In this document: piece after piece, positions 1 through 8,572 of the stretch
Numbering within the stretch: the stretch's first letter is position 1
How the letters are laid out: each line of letters opens with the position of its first letter
Assembly (NCBI GenBank): GCA_028712355.1
Contig: JAQTQH010000002.1
Span: forward strand, 5,398-69,397
Reading direction: 5' to 3'
Source: Dehalococcoidales bacterium
Lineage (GTDB): Bacteria; Chloroflexota; Dehalococcoidia; Dehalococcoidales; RBG-16-60-22
Length of the DNA: 64,000 bases
The notes under the pieces: generated by a model
What the model saw: only the letters and a program-made list of their open reading frames with translations
Told to the model about the DNA's origin: nothing
Databases searched by the model: none
Program-made: the position numbers and the translations under genes

Positions 1-1279
1 GCGCATTTTCAAAATTCCTTCCGAAAAATGATTCCGGGTGCCGCATGAAATACTGGTCGAGCGGATTGTCCAGCGCGACGAGGAAGCTCAGCGACTCGCT
101 TTCCCGCCGTCCGCTCCGTCCCGCCTGCTGCCAGGTGCTGGCGATACTGCCCGGGTAGCCGGTGAGCACGGTGGCTTCCAGCCCGCCGCTGTCTATGCCC
201 AGTTCCAGAGCGTTGGTCGCCACCACCCCCAGCAGCCTCCCCCCAAAAAGCTCCCGCTCGATTTTCCGTCTTTCTTCCGGCAGATAGCCACCGCGGTAAG
301 GTCTTATCAACTTCGCCAGCTCGGGATTGGTCTTTTCCAGTTCCCGCTTGGCAAAAATATAAATGAATTCGGTCAGCCGCCGCGTGCGCACGAAGGTCAG
401 CGAGCGTATTCCTTTATTAACCAGCTCGGTGAAGAGGAAGGTAGTCTCGCTGTTGGCGCTGCGCCGCAGGCTTTTCGCCGCATCGATGACAGGGGGGTTC
501 CAAAAGACAAAGTCCTTGCCACCGTGCGGAGAGCCGTCTCCGGTCACCACTTCAAACGGTAAACCTACCAGCCTTTCGGCAAGCTCATGTGGATTGGCAA
601 TCGTTGCCGAAGCGAGGATAAACTGCGGTTTCGCTCCATATAGTTCACAGAGCCTTCGCAGGCGGCGCAGCACCCCCGCCACGTGCGACCCGAAGACGCC
701 GCGGTAGATATGGGCTTCATCTACCACCACGTAGCGCAAGCGGCGCAGGAGCGACGCCCATGCCGCATGGTTGGGCAGGATACCAACATGCAGCATATCC
801 GGATTGGTCAGTACGATGCGGGATTGCTTTCTCACATCTGCCCGTTCTTCGCGGGGCGTATCCCCGTCAAAAGTGGCGAACTCAGTCGGCGGGAACAGGT
901 CGGGGCTGAAGGTTTCCCTCAGGCTGCGCAGTTGGTCCTGCGCCAGCGCCTTGGTGGGGAAGAGATAAATGGCACGGCTGCCCGGCCCGGTGAGCAATGC
1001 CTGCATTATCGCGATGTTATAGCACAGGGTCTTGCCGCTGGCGCTGGAAGTAGAAACAATGACGTTTTTGCCCTGCCGTAAATGGTTAACCGCTTCCGCC
1101 TGATGCTGATACAGGCGCGACAGACCGTGTTTATTCAGACACTCCTGTAACTCCATGTCGAGAGTCTCATCCAGTATACCGTATCTCGCTTCACGGGGCC
1201 AGATATGTTCGATGTAAGCAATCTGCTTCTGGTAATCGGAATGAGCACGGAGATGATTGAGGAAGGCGGTAGCATTCAT
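1..1279 (-). CDS. DEAD/DEAH-box helicase, YprA/MrfA-like (5' part only; gene runs off the left edge)
   Basis: Absent from the ORF track because it has no stop in the window. Hand translation of the reverse strand from ATG 1279-1277 gives MNATAFLNHLRAHSDYQ...LYQHQAEAVNHLRQGKNVIVSTSSASGKTLCYN (Walker A), LFPTKALAQDQ (motif Ia), VVVDEAHIYRG (DEAH box) and QQAGRSGRR (motif VI). The + strand ORFs at 38..1081 are its antisense shadows. Confidence 0.85.
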   Translation of the reverse strand, partial: MNATAFLNHLRAHSDYQKQIAYIEHIWPREARYGILDETLDMELQECLNKHGLSRLYQHQAEAVNHLRQGKNVIVSTSSASGKTLCYNIAIMQALLTGPGSRAIYLFPTKALAQDQLRSLRETFSPDLFPPTEFATFDGDTPREERADVRKQSRIVLTNPDMLHVGILPNHAAWASLLRRLRYVVVDEAHIYRGVFGSHVAGVLRRLRRLCELYGAKPQFILASATIANPHELAERLVGLPFEVVTGDGSPHGGKDFVFWNPPVIDAAKSLRRSANSETTFLFTELVNKGIRSLTFVRTRRLTEFIYIFAKRELEKTNPELAKLIRPYRGGYLPEERRKIERELFGGRLLGVVATNALELGIDSGGLEATVLTGYPGSIASTWQQAGRSGRRESESLSFLVALDNPLDQYFMRHPESFFGRNFENA

Positions 1280-1294
1280 AAGTTATTCATACCT

Positions 1295-1372
1295 GTCATT
1301 CCGAGGAGTCATAGCGACGAAGCAATCTCGCTGACCCATCGGAAGGGATTGCTTCGCTGCGCTCGCAATGAC
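1295..1372. repeat. palindromic REP/MITE-like intergenic element, copy A
   Basis: Left arm is gtcattccgagg..cgacgaagcaatc and right arm is gattgcttcgctgcgctcgcaatgac, forming an imperfect inverted repeat around a ~19-nt loop. The same architecture occurs at 28346 and 38254. Confidence 0.75.
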
Positions 1373-1392
1373 AAAAACGGTATCCACTTCAC

Positions 1393-1683
1393 TTAGACCG
1401 TCAGGATTTCTATCTCATAGTCGAGCATCTCTACGTCGAGATGGCTGCCCTCGACGAAGTTAACGATATGGGAAAGAACTTGATTGGTGTGCCGTTTATC
1501 GTTGCTGATGCAGCAGATGCCGATGGTGGCAATTTGCCAGACATCCTGGTCTTCCACTTCGGCGACGGCGACTTCGAACTTGTTACGGATGCGCGAGGTA
1601 ATGGACTTCAGCACCTGCCGCTTGCCCTTGAGTGACTCGTTTTCCGGGATGCGGAAACTTATTTTCAATACGCCGATGTCCAT
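1393..1683 (-). CDS. DUF503 family protein (YlxP-like)
   Basis: 96 aa. IGVLKISFRIPENESLKGKRQVLKSITSRIRNKFEVAVAEVEDQDVWQ follows the DUF503 pattern (SLKxKR ... R.R..F.V.VAEV..QD.W). Confidence 0.75.
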   Translation of the reverse strand: MDIGVLKISFRIPENESLKGKRQVLKSITSRIRNKFEVAVAEVEDQDVWQIATIGICCISNDKRHTNQVLSHIVNFVEGSHLDVEMLDYEIEILTV

Positions 1684-1821
1684 ATTACCTCAGGATTCAT
1701 GGTAACACCTGTGCCCCAGCCTTGCAACAACTTGCTTGCCCGCTAGGAAAAGAATGTGTTACCATAAAAATATCAGGAGTGTATTTCAATACTCTGCAAG
1801 ATTCCGCCCGGGAGAAAACCG

Positions 1822-3060
1822 ATGCCTAAAATTTATCTTATTGATGTCACCAACCGTGATGGCGTCCAGACCGCCAAGCTGGGGCTATCCAAGCTGGAAA
1901 AGACCATGATTAACCTATACCTGAACGAAATGGGCGTTTTCCAGTCCGAATTCGGTTTCCCCACCACTCGCCACGAGACTAACTATTTACAGGCTAACCT
2001 GGAGCTTGCCGAGATGGGCGTGCTGAAACCTATCCGGCTGGAAGGGTGGATTCGCGCTATTGTGGAAGATGTGGAACTGTCCTTCAAACGCGTGCCCGGC
2101 ATCCGGCACTTGAACCTCTCCATATCCACTTCCGACCAGATGATTAACGGCAAGTTCCACGGCAAGAAGACCCGAGACAGCATCATCGGAGAAATGACCG
2201 ATGCAGTGGACGCCGCACGTAAACACGGTGCCGAAAGCATCGGCGTCAATGCTGAGGACGCTTCCCGGACTAATATAGATTTTCTGGTCAAGTTCGGCTT
2301 AGCGGCTAAAGCACATGGCGCCATGCGCCTGCGCTATTGCGATACCCTCGGTTACGATAATCCCTTTTCGATTTACGAGTCATGTAAAAAGCTTGCCGAA
2401 AATACCAGCATGCCGATTGAAATCCACTGCCATGGCGACCTCGGTATGGCGGTAGCAAACTCAATCGCCGGCGCCAAGGGTGCACTTGACGGCGGGCAGG
2501 ACTCTTATATTAACACCACTGTCAACGGCATCGGGGAAAGAGCCGGCAACGCCGACCTGATTGCCGTCATCCTGGCGCTAACCAAATCCAAGCAATTTGC
2601 CGAAAAATACCCTCTGGGCAACAAGATTGACCTGTGCCGCTCCTGGGAAATCGCTAAGTTCACCAGCTACGCCTTCGACGTGCCGATTCCCATAAACCAG
2701 CCGGGCGTGGGCGCCAACGCCTTTGCCCACTCTTCCGGTATCCACGCCGACGGCGTCCTTAAAGACCCGGAAAACTACGAATTGTACAGCTATGAAGACC
2801 TGGGAAGAGGTGAACCGGTTAAAGTGGAGACCGGCCGGGAAATCATCACCGGGCAGTACAGCGGCATTTCCGGGTTCAGCCATGTCATGGGACAAATGGA
2901 TGTCAAATTTAAATCCCGTGAAGAGGCAAACGAGGTACTGGAACTAGTGCGCTACGCTAACGTAGAATCACACAAGCCGCTCGTCGAGGATGAGTTAGTC
3001 TTTATCGCGAAATACCCCCAGATTGCCAAGAAGCTCCTCACCATGACGCCGCTGGAATAG
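1822..3060 (+). CDS. HMGL-like (pyruvate carboxyltransferase) enzyme of the homocitrate / 2-isopropylmalate / citramalate / Re-citrate synthase family
   Basis: 412 aa. It has an N-terminal DVTNRDGVQT motif (a variant of DTTLRDGEQ) and HCHGDLGMAVANSIAGA (the H.H.D.G.A.AN metal site). The exact substrate cannot be called from sequence. Confidence 0.75.
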   Translation: MPKIYLIDVTNRDGVQTAKLGLSKLEKTMINLYLNEMGVFQSEFGFPTTRHETNYLQANLELAEMGVLKPIRLEGWIRAIVEDVELSFKRVPGIRHLNLSISTSDQMINGKFHGKKTRDSIIGEMTDAVDAARKHGAESIGVNAEDASRTNIDFLVKFGLAAKAHGAMRLRYCDTLGYDNPFSIYESCKKLAENTSMPIEIHCHGDLGMAVANSIAGAKGALDGGQDSYINTTVNGIGERAGNADLIAVILALTKSKQFAEKYPLGNKIDLCRSWEIAKFTSYAFDVPIPINQPGVGANAFAHSSGIHADGVLKDPENYELYSYEDLGRGEPVKVETGREIITGQYSGISGFSHVMGQMDVKFKSREEANEVLELVRYANVESHKPLVEDELVFIAKYPQIAKKLLTMTPLE

Positions 3061-3073
3061 GTGAGAAGAATTA

Positions 3074-3535
3074 ATGGTTGCAGAACCGTCTGTTTTCACG
3101 GTCAAGCCCATCGGTTTCGTACGTAACAAAATCAAGGAAACCGGGCATCATGACAATGACCGGATAATTTCCGAGATTGTGGTAAACGACGACCTTACCG
3201 ACGCATTGGACAATTTGGACGAATTCTCCCACATCATTGTGCTCTACTGGATGCATCGCGCCCCGAAGCCGTTCCCGATGAAAGTGCATCCCCGCCGCGA
3301 CTCTGCCATCCCCGAAAAAGGGGTCTTTTCCAGCCGCTCGCCAAGCCGCCCCAATCCCATCGGCAAAGATACCGTCCCGCTTCTGGAGCGCCGCGGTAAT
3401 ATCCTCAAGGTACAGGGGTTGGAAGCTATCGACGGAACCCCTGTTATTGATATCAAGCCCTATATCCCGGGGCATGACTCGGTTGACGATGCCAAAGCGC
3501 CGCCATGGATAAGACACCACCAGCGCAAACTCTGA
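3074..3535 (+). CDS. trmO: tRNA (N6-threonylcarbamoyladenosine(37)-N6)-methyltransferase TrmO (TsaA/YaeB family)
   Basis: 153 aa with FSSRSPSRPNPIG and IDGTPVIDIKPYIP, which are typical of the YaeB/TsaA fold. Confidence 0.8.
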   Translation: MVAEPSVFTVKPIGFVRNKIKETGHHDNDRIISEIVVNDDLTDALDNLDEFSHIIVLYWMHRAPKPFPMKVHPRRDSAIPEKGVFSSRSPSRPNPIGKDTVPLLERRGNILKVQGLEAIDGTPVIDIKPYIPGHDSVDDAKAPPWIRHHQRKL

Positions 3536-4194
3536 CCCAAATCTATCAGCGCCTGCTGACCCGCTACGGTCTCCAGCACTGGTGGCCTGCGGAAACTCCT
3601 TTCGAGGTCATGGCAGGCGCGATTCTCACCCAGTCCACCGCCTGGGTCAACGTCGAAAAAGCTATCGGCAATCTGAAAGCCGCCGGAGCATTATCACCAC
3701 AGGCCCTGCGTGATTTGCCGCCACACGAGCTTGCTAATCTAATCCACCCCTGCGGGTATTACAATATGAAAGCCGCCAAACTCAAGGCCATGGCAGAATG
3801 GCTGCGTGAATACCATGATAATCTGGAAAAAACCTTTTCCCTCAGCCTGAGCGACCTTCGGGAAGAACTACTCGCGATATACGGCATCGGTGAAGAGACT
3901 GCCGATTCCATTATCCTATATGCCGCAAATAAACCCGCCTTCGTCATTGACGCTTATACCCGCCGCATCATGAGCCGGCTTGGTTTCAAACCATCAGAAG
4001 AAACCTATACCGCTTACCAGCGCCTTTTCATGGAAAATTTACCCCCTGATGCATCTCTTTTCAATGAGTTCCATGCTCTGCTAGTCACTCTCGCCAAAGA
4101 TGCCTGCCGTAAAAAACCATTGTGTAATTATTGCTGTCTAAAAGATATTTGCATTGCGACAGGTAGTCTGCTAAGCTTTCAAACGAGAAAGTAA
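3505..4194 (+). CDS. endonuclease III-like HhH-GPD domain protein with C-terminal Fe-S Cys cluster
   Basis: 229 aa. It has the helix-hairpin-helix segment LLAIYGIGEETADSIILYA and a C-terminal CRKKPLCNYCCLKDIC cluster. It overlaps trmO by 31 nt. Confidence 0.75.
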   Translation: MDKTPPAQTLTQIYQRLLTRYGLQHWWPAETPFEVMAGAILTQSTAWVNVEKAIGNLKAAGALSPQALRDLPPHELANLIHPCGYYNMKAAKLKAMAEWLREYHDNLEKTFSLSLSDLREELLAIYGIGEETADSIILYAANKPAFVIDAYTRRIMSRLGFKPSEETYTAYQRLFMENLPPDASLFNEFHALLVTLAKDACRKKPLCNYCCLKDICIATGSLLSFQTRK

Positions 4195-4199
4195 GAGCA

Positions 4200-5138
4200 A
4201 TGAAGCACACCCCAGATTTATCCGTCCAGCTGGCTCCCTGCAACAAGCATGGCTTGATGCTACGGAACCCGGTAATGACTGCCTCCGGAACCTTCGGCTA
4301 TGGCACGGAATACGAACATACCTTTGACATCCAGAAGTTGGGCGCTATTGTCTGTAAAGGCACTACACTCAAGCCGCGCGATGGTAATTCCCAGCCGCGG
4401 CTCGTTGAGACTGCCTCAGGTTTAATCAACTCCATCGGCCTGCAGAACATCGGCGTGGATGCTCTCATCAGCGAAAAGGCACCGGTCTGGTCGAAATGGC
4501 GGGTGCCGGTTATCGTCAATATCGCCGGCTCTTCTATCGAAGAATACGGCGATATAGCCAAGAAGCTGGACAGCGTTCCCGGTGTGAGCGGCATCGAGGT
4601 GAATATCAGCTGCCCCAACGTCAAGGAAGGCGGCGCCGAGTTCGGTGCGAGTGCTGGTCCGGCGGCGGCCGTGACGCGTGTCGTCCGGGCTGCCACCTCG
4701 CTGCCAATCATCGTGAAGCTCACGCCCAACACCGGCGAGATAGTGCCAATCGCGCGCGCCGTCGCCGATGCCGGTGCCGATGCTATTTGCCTTATCAACA
4801 CGCTGAAAGCCACCGTCATCGACATTAAGAAGCGCCGTCCCGTGCTGGGTAACATCACCGGAGGTCTTTCCGGTCCCGCCATCAAGCCGGTGGCGCTATA
4901 CATGGTTTACACCGTCGCAGGTGCGGTAAAAATACCCATAGTAGGCTGCGGCGGCATCGCTAATGGTAACGATGCCATCGAGTTCATCATGGCGGGTGCC
5001 AGCGCCGTTGAAGTCGGCACGATGAGCTTCGCTAACCCACGCGCCCCGCAGGACGTTTTGGAAGGCATCGCCAGTTTTCTGGAGCAGGAAAACATATTTG
5101 GTTTAGCCGGGATTACCGGCGCCGCCCGTAATAAGTGA
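4200..5138 (+). CDS. pyrD: dihydroorotate dehydrogenase, class 1 catalytic subunit
   Basis: 312 aa with NISCPNV (active-site Cys), GGLSGPAIKP and IVGCGGI. No pyrK-like partner gene is adjacent. Confidence 0.9.
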   Translation: MKHTPDLSVQLAPCNKHGLMLRNPVMTASGTFGYGTEYEHTFDIQKLGAIVCKGTTLKPRDGNSQPRLVETASGLINSIGLQNIGVDALISEKAPVWSKWRVPVIVNIAGSSIEEYGDIAKKLDSVPGVSGIEVNISCPNVKEGGAEFGASAGPAAAVTRVVRAATSLPIIVKLTPNTGEIVPIARAVADAGADAICLINTLKATVIDIKKRRPVLGNITGGLSGPAIKPVALYMVYTVAGAVKIPIVGCGGIANGNDAIEFIMAGASAVEVGTMSFANPRAPQDVLEGIASFLEQENIFGLAGITGAARNK

Positions 5139-5149
5139 GTGAGGAAAAT

Positions 5150-5929
5150 ATGGACTACGAAGGATTGACCCTGGAAAAAGCTGACGGCATCGCCACACTG
5201 ACTTTCAACCGTCCTGAGAAGCTCAATGCTTTCACCGACGCTATCGCCAGAGGGATGGAGGAACTGCTGCCTCAACTGAGCCTTGATGATGATGTTAAAG
5301 CGCTGATTATCACCGGTGCAGGGCGGGGTTTCTGCGCCGGACTGGATGCTAATGACCTTGCCCGGTTACGCCGCAAACCGCTTGACGAACTTTACCATCT
5401 GCTCAAAGACCTGACCCTCACCCTGGATAATTTCACAAAACCTATGATTGCCGCCATTAACGGCGTGACCGCCGGTGCAGGGCTCGCCATCGCCATCTTC
5501 TGTGATTTCCGCATCGCCGTGCCAGAAGCCAAATTCTTCGCCGGCTATAACCGCATGGCGATAACGCCAGATATCGGGATGACCTACAACCTGCCCCGCA
5601 TAGTGGGACCGACCAAGGCTACCGAAATCATGATCATCGGCGAGCCGTTGACCGCCACCGAAGCACTGCAAATCGGGCTGCTCAACCGCATCGTGCCCGC
5701 CGCCGACTTGATGCAGACCGCCCGCGAGCTTGCCGGGAAAATCGCCCGCGGACCTACAGTGTCAATCAATCTGACCCGCCAGGCGCTGAAAAAAAGCCGG
5801 GAAAACAACATAACGCAGCAGATTGACGTGGAGTTCGCCACCATGGCGACCTGCGTCAAGACGGCAGACCACGAAGAGGGCTTAAATGCTTTTCTGGAAA
5901 AACGCCCGCCCGAATTTCAGGGTAAATAG
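5150..5929 (+). CDS. enoyl-CoA hydratase/isomerase (crotonase) family protein
   Basis: MDYEGLTLEKADGIATLTFNRPEKLNAF and ITGAGRGFCAGLD are present. I prefer ATG 5150 (GAGGA 5 nt upstream) over the track start GTG 5135, which overlaps the pyrD stop. Confidence 0.85.
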   Translation: MDYEGLTLEKADGIATLTFNRPEKLNAFTDAIARGMEELLPQLSLDDDVKALIITGAGRGFCAGLDANDLARLRRKPLDELYHLLKDLTLTLDNFTKPMIAAINGVTAGAGLAIAIFCDFRIAVPEAKFFAGYNRMAITPDIGMTYNLPRIVGPTKATEIMIIGEPLTATEALQIGLLNRIVPAADLMQTARELAGKIARGPTVSINLTRQALKKSRENNITQQIDVEFATMATCVKTADHEEGLNAFLEKRPPEFQGK

Positions 5930-6583
5930 CTAACCGCGGACGGCATTCTGCTCTTTTCGATAAGCGACGAACGAATATATCACGGATACAATCGCCGCGC
6001 CGAGGATCGGCACCATTATCAATGTAATCGCGTATTTCGGGAAGAATATCCCGAGCAGCGCAATAACTCCCGCTGCTTTAAACAGTTTCCCGCCGATACG
6101 GTGCGTTTTTTCCCAGACGCTATCGCTGTTCAAAGTCCAGATTGTCCTGATGCCGATAAACCAATTCCGCTTGGCTTTTTCAATCAAAGCACCGGAGCAG
6201 TAGATTAAAAGGCCCATCGCAGGAGTCATCAACTGCGTGATATCGAACCGGGCGCCAAGGTTCCAGAGAATGGTCAGCAAATAGACGTAAAAAAGGAACA
6301 GAAAAAAAATTACCAGGAAGCGGTGGTAGGATTTCCGTAAAGTCTCAAAATTCTTTTTCAGCAGGTCGATATTAGGTAGCAGGACAAGCAAAAAAGAGAG
6401 CCCCAGCGAGAGAAACGGCATGAAGAAAAGCCCCCAGAAGCGCGACATATAGCCATTGACATTCCCCTGAGCATCCCAGTGGGAAGCCATCCGGTCCGGC
6501 ATCTGAGGATAATAATAGATGCCGATGATAAAAGATGCGATGATGATGACGGAAATGATTATCAGGCTTTTATTGAATTTCAT
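5930..6583 (-). CDS. SdpI/YhfL-like integral membrane protein (DUF1648 + SdpI)
   Basis: 217 aa and multi-TM. It has the N-terminal YPQMPDRMASHWDAQGNVNGY motif typical of DUF1648/SdpI proteins. It is convergent with the crotonase gene with zero spacer. Confidence 0.7.
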   Translation of the reverse strand: MKFNKSLIIISVIIIASFIIGIYYYPQMPDRMASHWDAQGNVNGYMSRFWGLFFMPFLSLGLSFLLVLLPNIDLLKKNFETLRKSYHRFLVIFFLFLFYVYLLTILWNLGARFDITQLMTPAMGLLIYCSGALIEKAKRNWFIGIRTIWTLNSDSVWEKTHRIGGKLFKAAGVIALLGIFFPKYAITLIMVPILGAAIVSVIYSFVAYRKEQNAVRG

Positions 6584-6656
6584 ATAGATATTAGCATAGC
6601 AAATCAGAAACTGTTATGCCAGTCATTATTGGCCTATCCTTTTCTCCTGACTTTCT

Positions 6657-6685
6657 TTGAGCAAAGCGCCACATTATGATATATT
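6657..6685 (+). promoter_or_regulatory. putative sigma70-type promoter for tRNA-Ser
   Basis: TTGAGC (6657-6662), a 17-nt spacer, then TATATT (6680-6685), about 24 nt upstream of the tRNA 5' end. Confidence 0.4.
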
Positions 6686-6708
6686 TAATTGGATAACAGC
6701 GACCCTAC

Positions 6709-6801
6709 GGAGGGATCGCATAGTGGTCTAGTGCGGGCGCCTGCTAAGCGCTTACCCTGGGTTTTCTGGGGTCGTGGGTTCGAATCCCACTCCCTCCGCC
6801 A
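6709..6801 (+). tRNA. tRNA-Ser (anticodon GCU), CCA encoded
   Basis: Acceptor stem GGAGGGA pairs with TCCCTCC. The anticodon stem-loop is GGCGC-CTGCTAA-GCGCT, with a long variable arm, a GGTTCGAATCC T-loop and a terminal GCCA. Confidence 0.9.
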
Positions 6802-6894
6802 GCCTGCGTTAAGAGCTCCGGATGGTAGACCGGCCGGATTTTTTCCTTGTGATGCCTTTCTTAAAGAGCTATATTTATTTCAGGACGGAATGGC

Positions 6895-8166
6895 ATGCCC
6901 GCTTACTATATCTGGACCATCGGCTGTCAGATGAATAAGGCAGAATCAGAACGGCTGGGCGCCTGCTTTGCAGGGCTCGGCTATCAGCCTGTGGAGACTG
7001 CTGATAACGCCGATATTATTATTCTGAACAGCTGTGTAGTACGGCAGAGCGCCGAAAGCCGCGTCAGCAACAAAATCGCATTATTGAAAAAATTAAAAAA
7101 TGAGCATCCTGATAAACTGCTGGCGGTAACCGGATGCTTTATCGATTCCGATATGGAACATCTCAAAAAGCGTTACCCCCATGTCGATTATTTTTTCAAG
7201 GCGGGAGACAGCCCGCCCTGGTTAGCCAATGTTATGTCAATTGTTTCCCTGCCGGCACGTCCCGCTCCTATAACCTACGTTCCCATTGCGCAGGGCTGCA
7301 ACAACTTTTGCTCCTATTGCATCGTACCCTACCGGCGCGGGCGGGAACGCAGCCGGACGTTTAATGACATCACCTGTGAAGTCGCCGAACTGGTGCGGCG
7401 GGGTACCCGGGAAATTGTCCTGGTGGGGCAAAACGTGGACTCCTACGGGCATGACCTGCCCGGCAAACCGGAACTGGCTGACCTATTGACGGAATTAAAC
7501 CCGATTGACGGGCTGTTCCGCCTTCGGTTTCTCACCAACCATCCCAAAGATATGAGCCCGAGGCTGATTAAAGCTATCGCTGATTTAGATAAAGTCTGCG
7601 AACAGATTAATCTGCCCGTGCAGTCTGGCAGCGATGCGATTTTAAAGCTGATGCGACGCGGCTACGCTGTCGAACACTATCGCCGTTTAGTAGAGCGGAT
7701 ACGTATCACTGTTCCTGACATCGCTCTCAGTACTGATGTGATTGTCGGTTTTCCTTCGGAAACTCACGAGCAATTCCAGGAGACGGTGGATTTGCTTTCT
7801 GAAATCAAGTTTGATACAGTCCATGTAGCCGCATATTCGACGCGCCCCGGTACTATCGCGGCCCGGGAACTTAACGACGATGTGCCGCGAGCGGTAAAAC
7901 AGGAGCGCTTACACTCTGTTGAGACGCTCCAGGAACAAATCATCTCGGAAATTAATGCTGGGTTGCTGGGTAAAACAATTGAAGTGCTGGTCGAAGGCAA
8001 AAATAAGGGTAAATGGTATGGACGCAGCCGCACTGATAAACTGGTATTTTTCACGGATAAAGACGACCATACCGCAAAACTAGTCAACATCAATATCACG
8101 AAAACCAGCCCGTGGTCGCTTCAGGGTAAACTGGAACCGAACGTCTCCACGAGGAGGACAGGATAG
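6895..8166 (+). CDS. miaB: tRNA-2-methylthio-N6-dimethylallyladenosine synthase
   Basis: 423 aa with N-terminal YIWTIGCQMNKAESE, the radical-SAM motif CNNFCSYCIVPYRRG and a C-terminal TRAM domain. Confidence 0.9.
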   Translation: MPAYYIWTIGCQMNKAESERLGACFAGLGYQPVETADNADIIILNSCVVRQSAESRVSNKIALLKKLKNEHPDKLLAVTGCFIDSDMEHLKKRYPHVDYFFKAGDSPPWLANVMSIVSLPARPAPITYVPIAQGCNNFCSYCIVPYRRGRERSRTFNDITCEVAELVRRGTREIVLVGQNVDSYGHDLPGKPELADLLTELNPIDGLFRLRFLTNHPKDMSPRLIKAIADLDKVCEQINLPVQSGSDAILKLMRRGYAVEHYRRLVERIRITVPDIALSTDVIVGFPSETHEQFQETVDLLSEIKFDTVHVAAYSTRPGTIAARELNDDVPRAVKQERLHSVETLQEQIISEINAGLLGKTIEVLVEGKNKGKWYGRSRTDKLVFFTDKDDHTAKLVNINITKTSPWSLQGKLEPNVSTRRTG

Positions 8167-8167
8167 C

Positions 8168-8536
8168 ATGTTAACGCTCGCATTACTGGCAGGATTAATT
8201 ATCACGATACTGGCATTAGCAGCGGGGTGTGCTGTTCCCGCAGGTACAGCGACGGGTGGCGGTGATACCAGCAGCACAATTCTGATGTTTGCTTTCATAA
8301 TTGGAATGTTTGGCGTTTTGTATTTTCTCATGATTCGCCCGCAGAAAAAGCGCCAGAAGCAGCACCAGACGCTGGTGGAGGGCTTGCAAAAAGGCGACCA
8401 CGTCGTCACCATCGGCGGGATACACGGACAGATTGAAAGCATCGATCAAAACAGTATCGTCCTGAAGGTGGAATCCGGCGCCAACATCCGCTTTGTCAAG
8501 GATGCTATCTCCGGTAAGGTAACTACGCATCAATAA
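8168..8536 (+). CDS. yajC: preprotein translocase subunit YajC (with N-terminal extension carrying a lipobox-like LAAGC)
   Basis: YFLMIRPQKKRQKQHQTLVEGLQKGDHVVTIGGIHGQI is the YajC signature. The start lies 1 nt after the miaB stop. Confidence 0.85.
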   Translation: MLTLALLAGLIITILALAAGCAVPAGTATGGGDTSSTILMFAFIIGMFGVLYFLMIRPQKKRQKQHQTLVEGLQKGDHVVTIGGIHGQIESIDQNSIVLKVESGANIRFVKDAISGKVTTHQ

Positions 8537-8572
8537 TAGCTGCCCGTTTTTCCGGATGAGGTCACCGATATT

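Noticed and set aside
38-1081. Four overlapping + strand ORFs (174, 114, 132 and 65 aa) at the left edge
   Set aside because: They are antisense shadows of the minus-strand YprA-like helicase gene, whose helicase motifs I could read by hand. They are Arg/Pro/Ala-rich, as is typical of off-frame translation of GC-rich coding DNA.
1205-1396. 63-aa ORF ending ..LLRCARNDKNGIHFT
   Set aside because: It is simply a translation of palindromic element copy A and the helicase 5' end. The same artefact occurs at 28288..28470 over copy C.
6689-6934. 81-aa ORF spanning 6689-6934
   Set aside because: It runs straight through tRNA-Ser (6709-6801) and into the miaB start, so it is not a gene.
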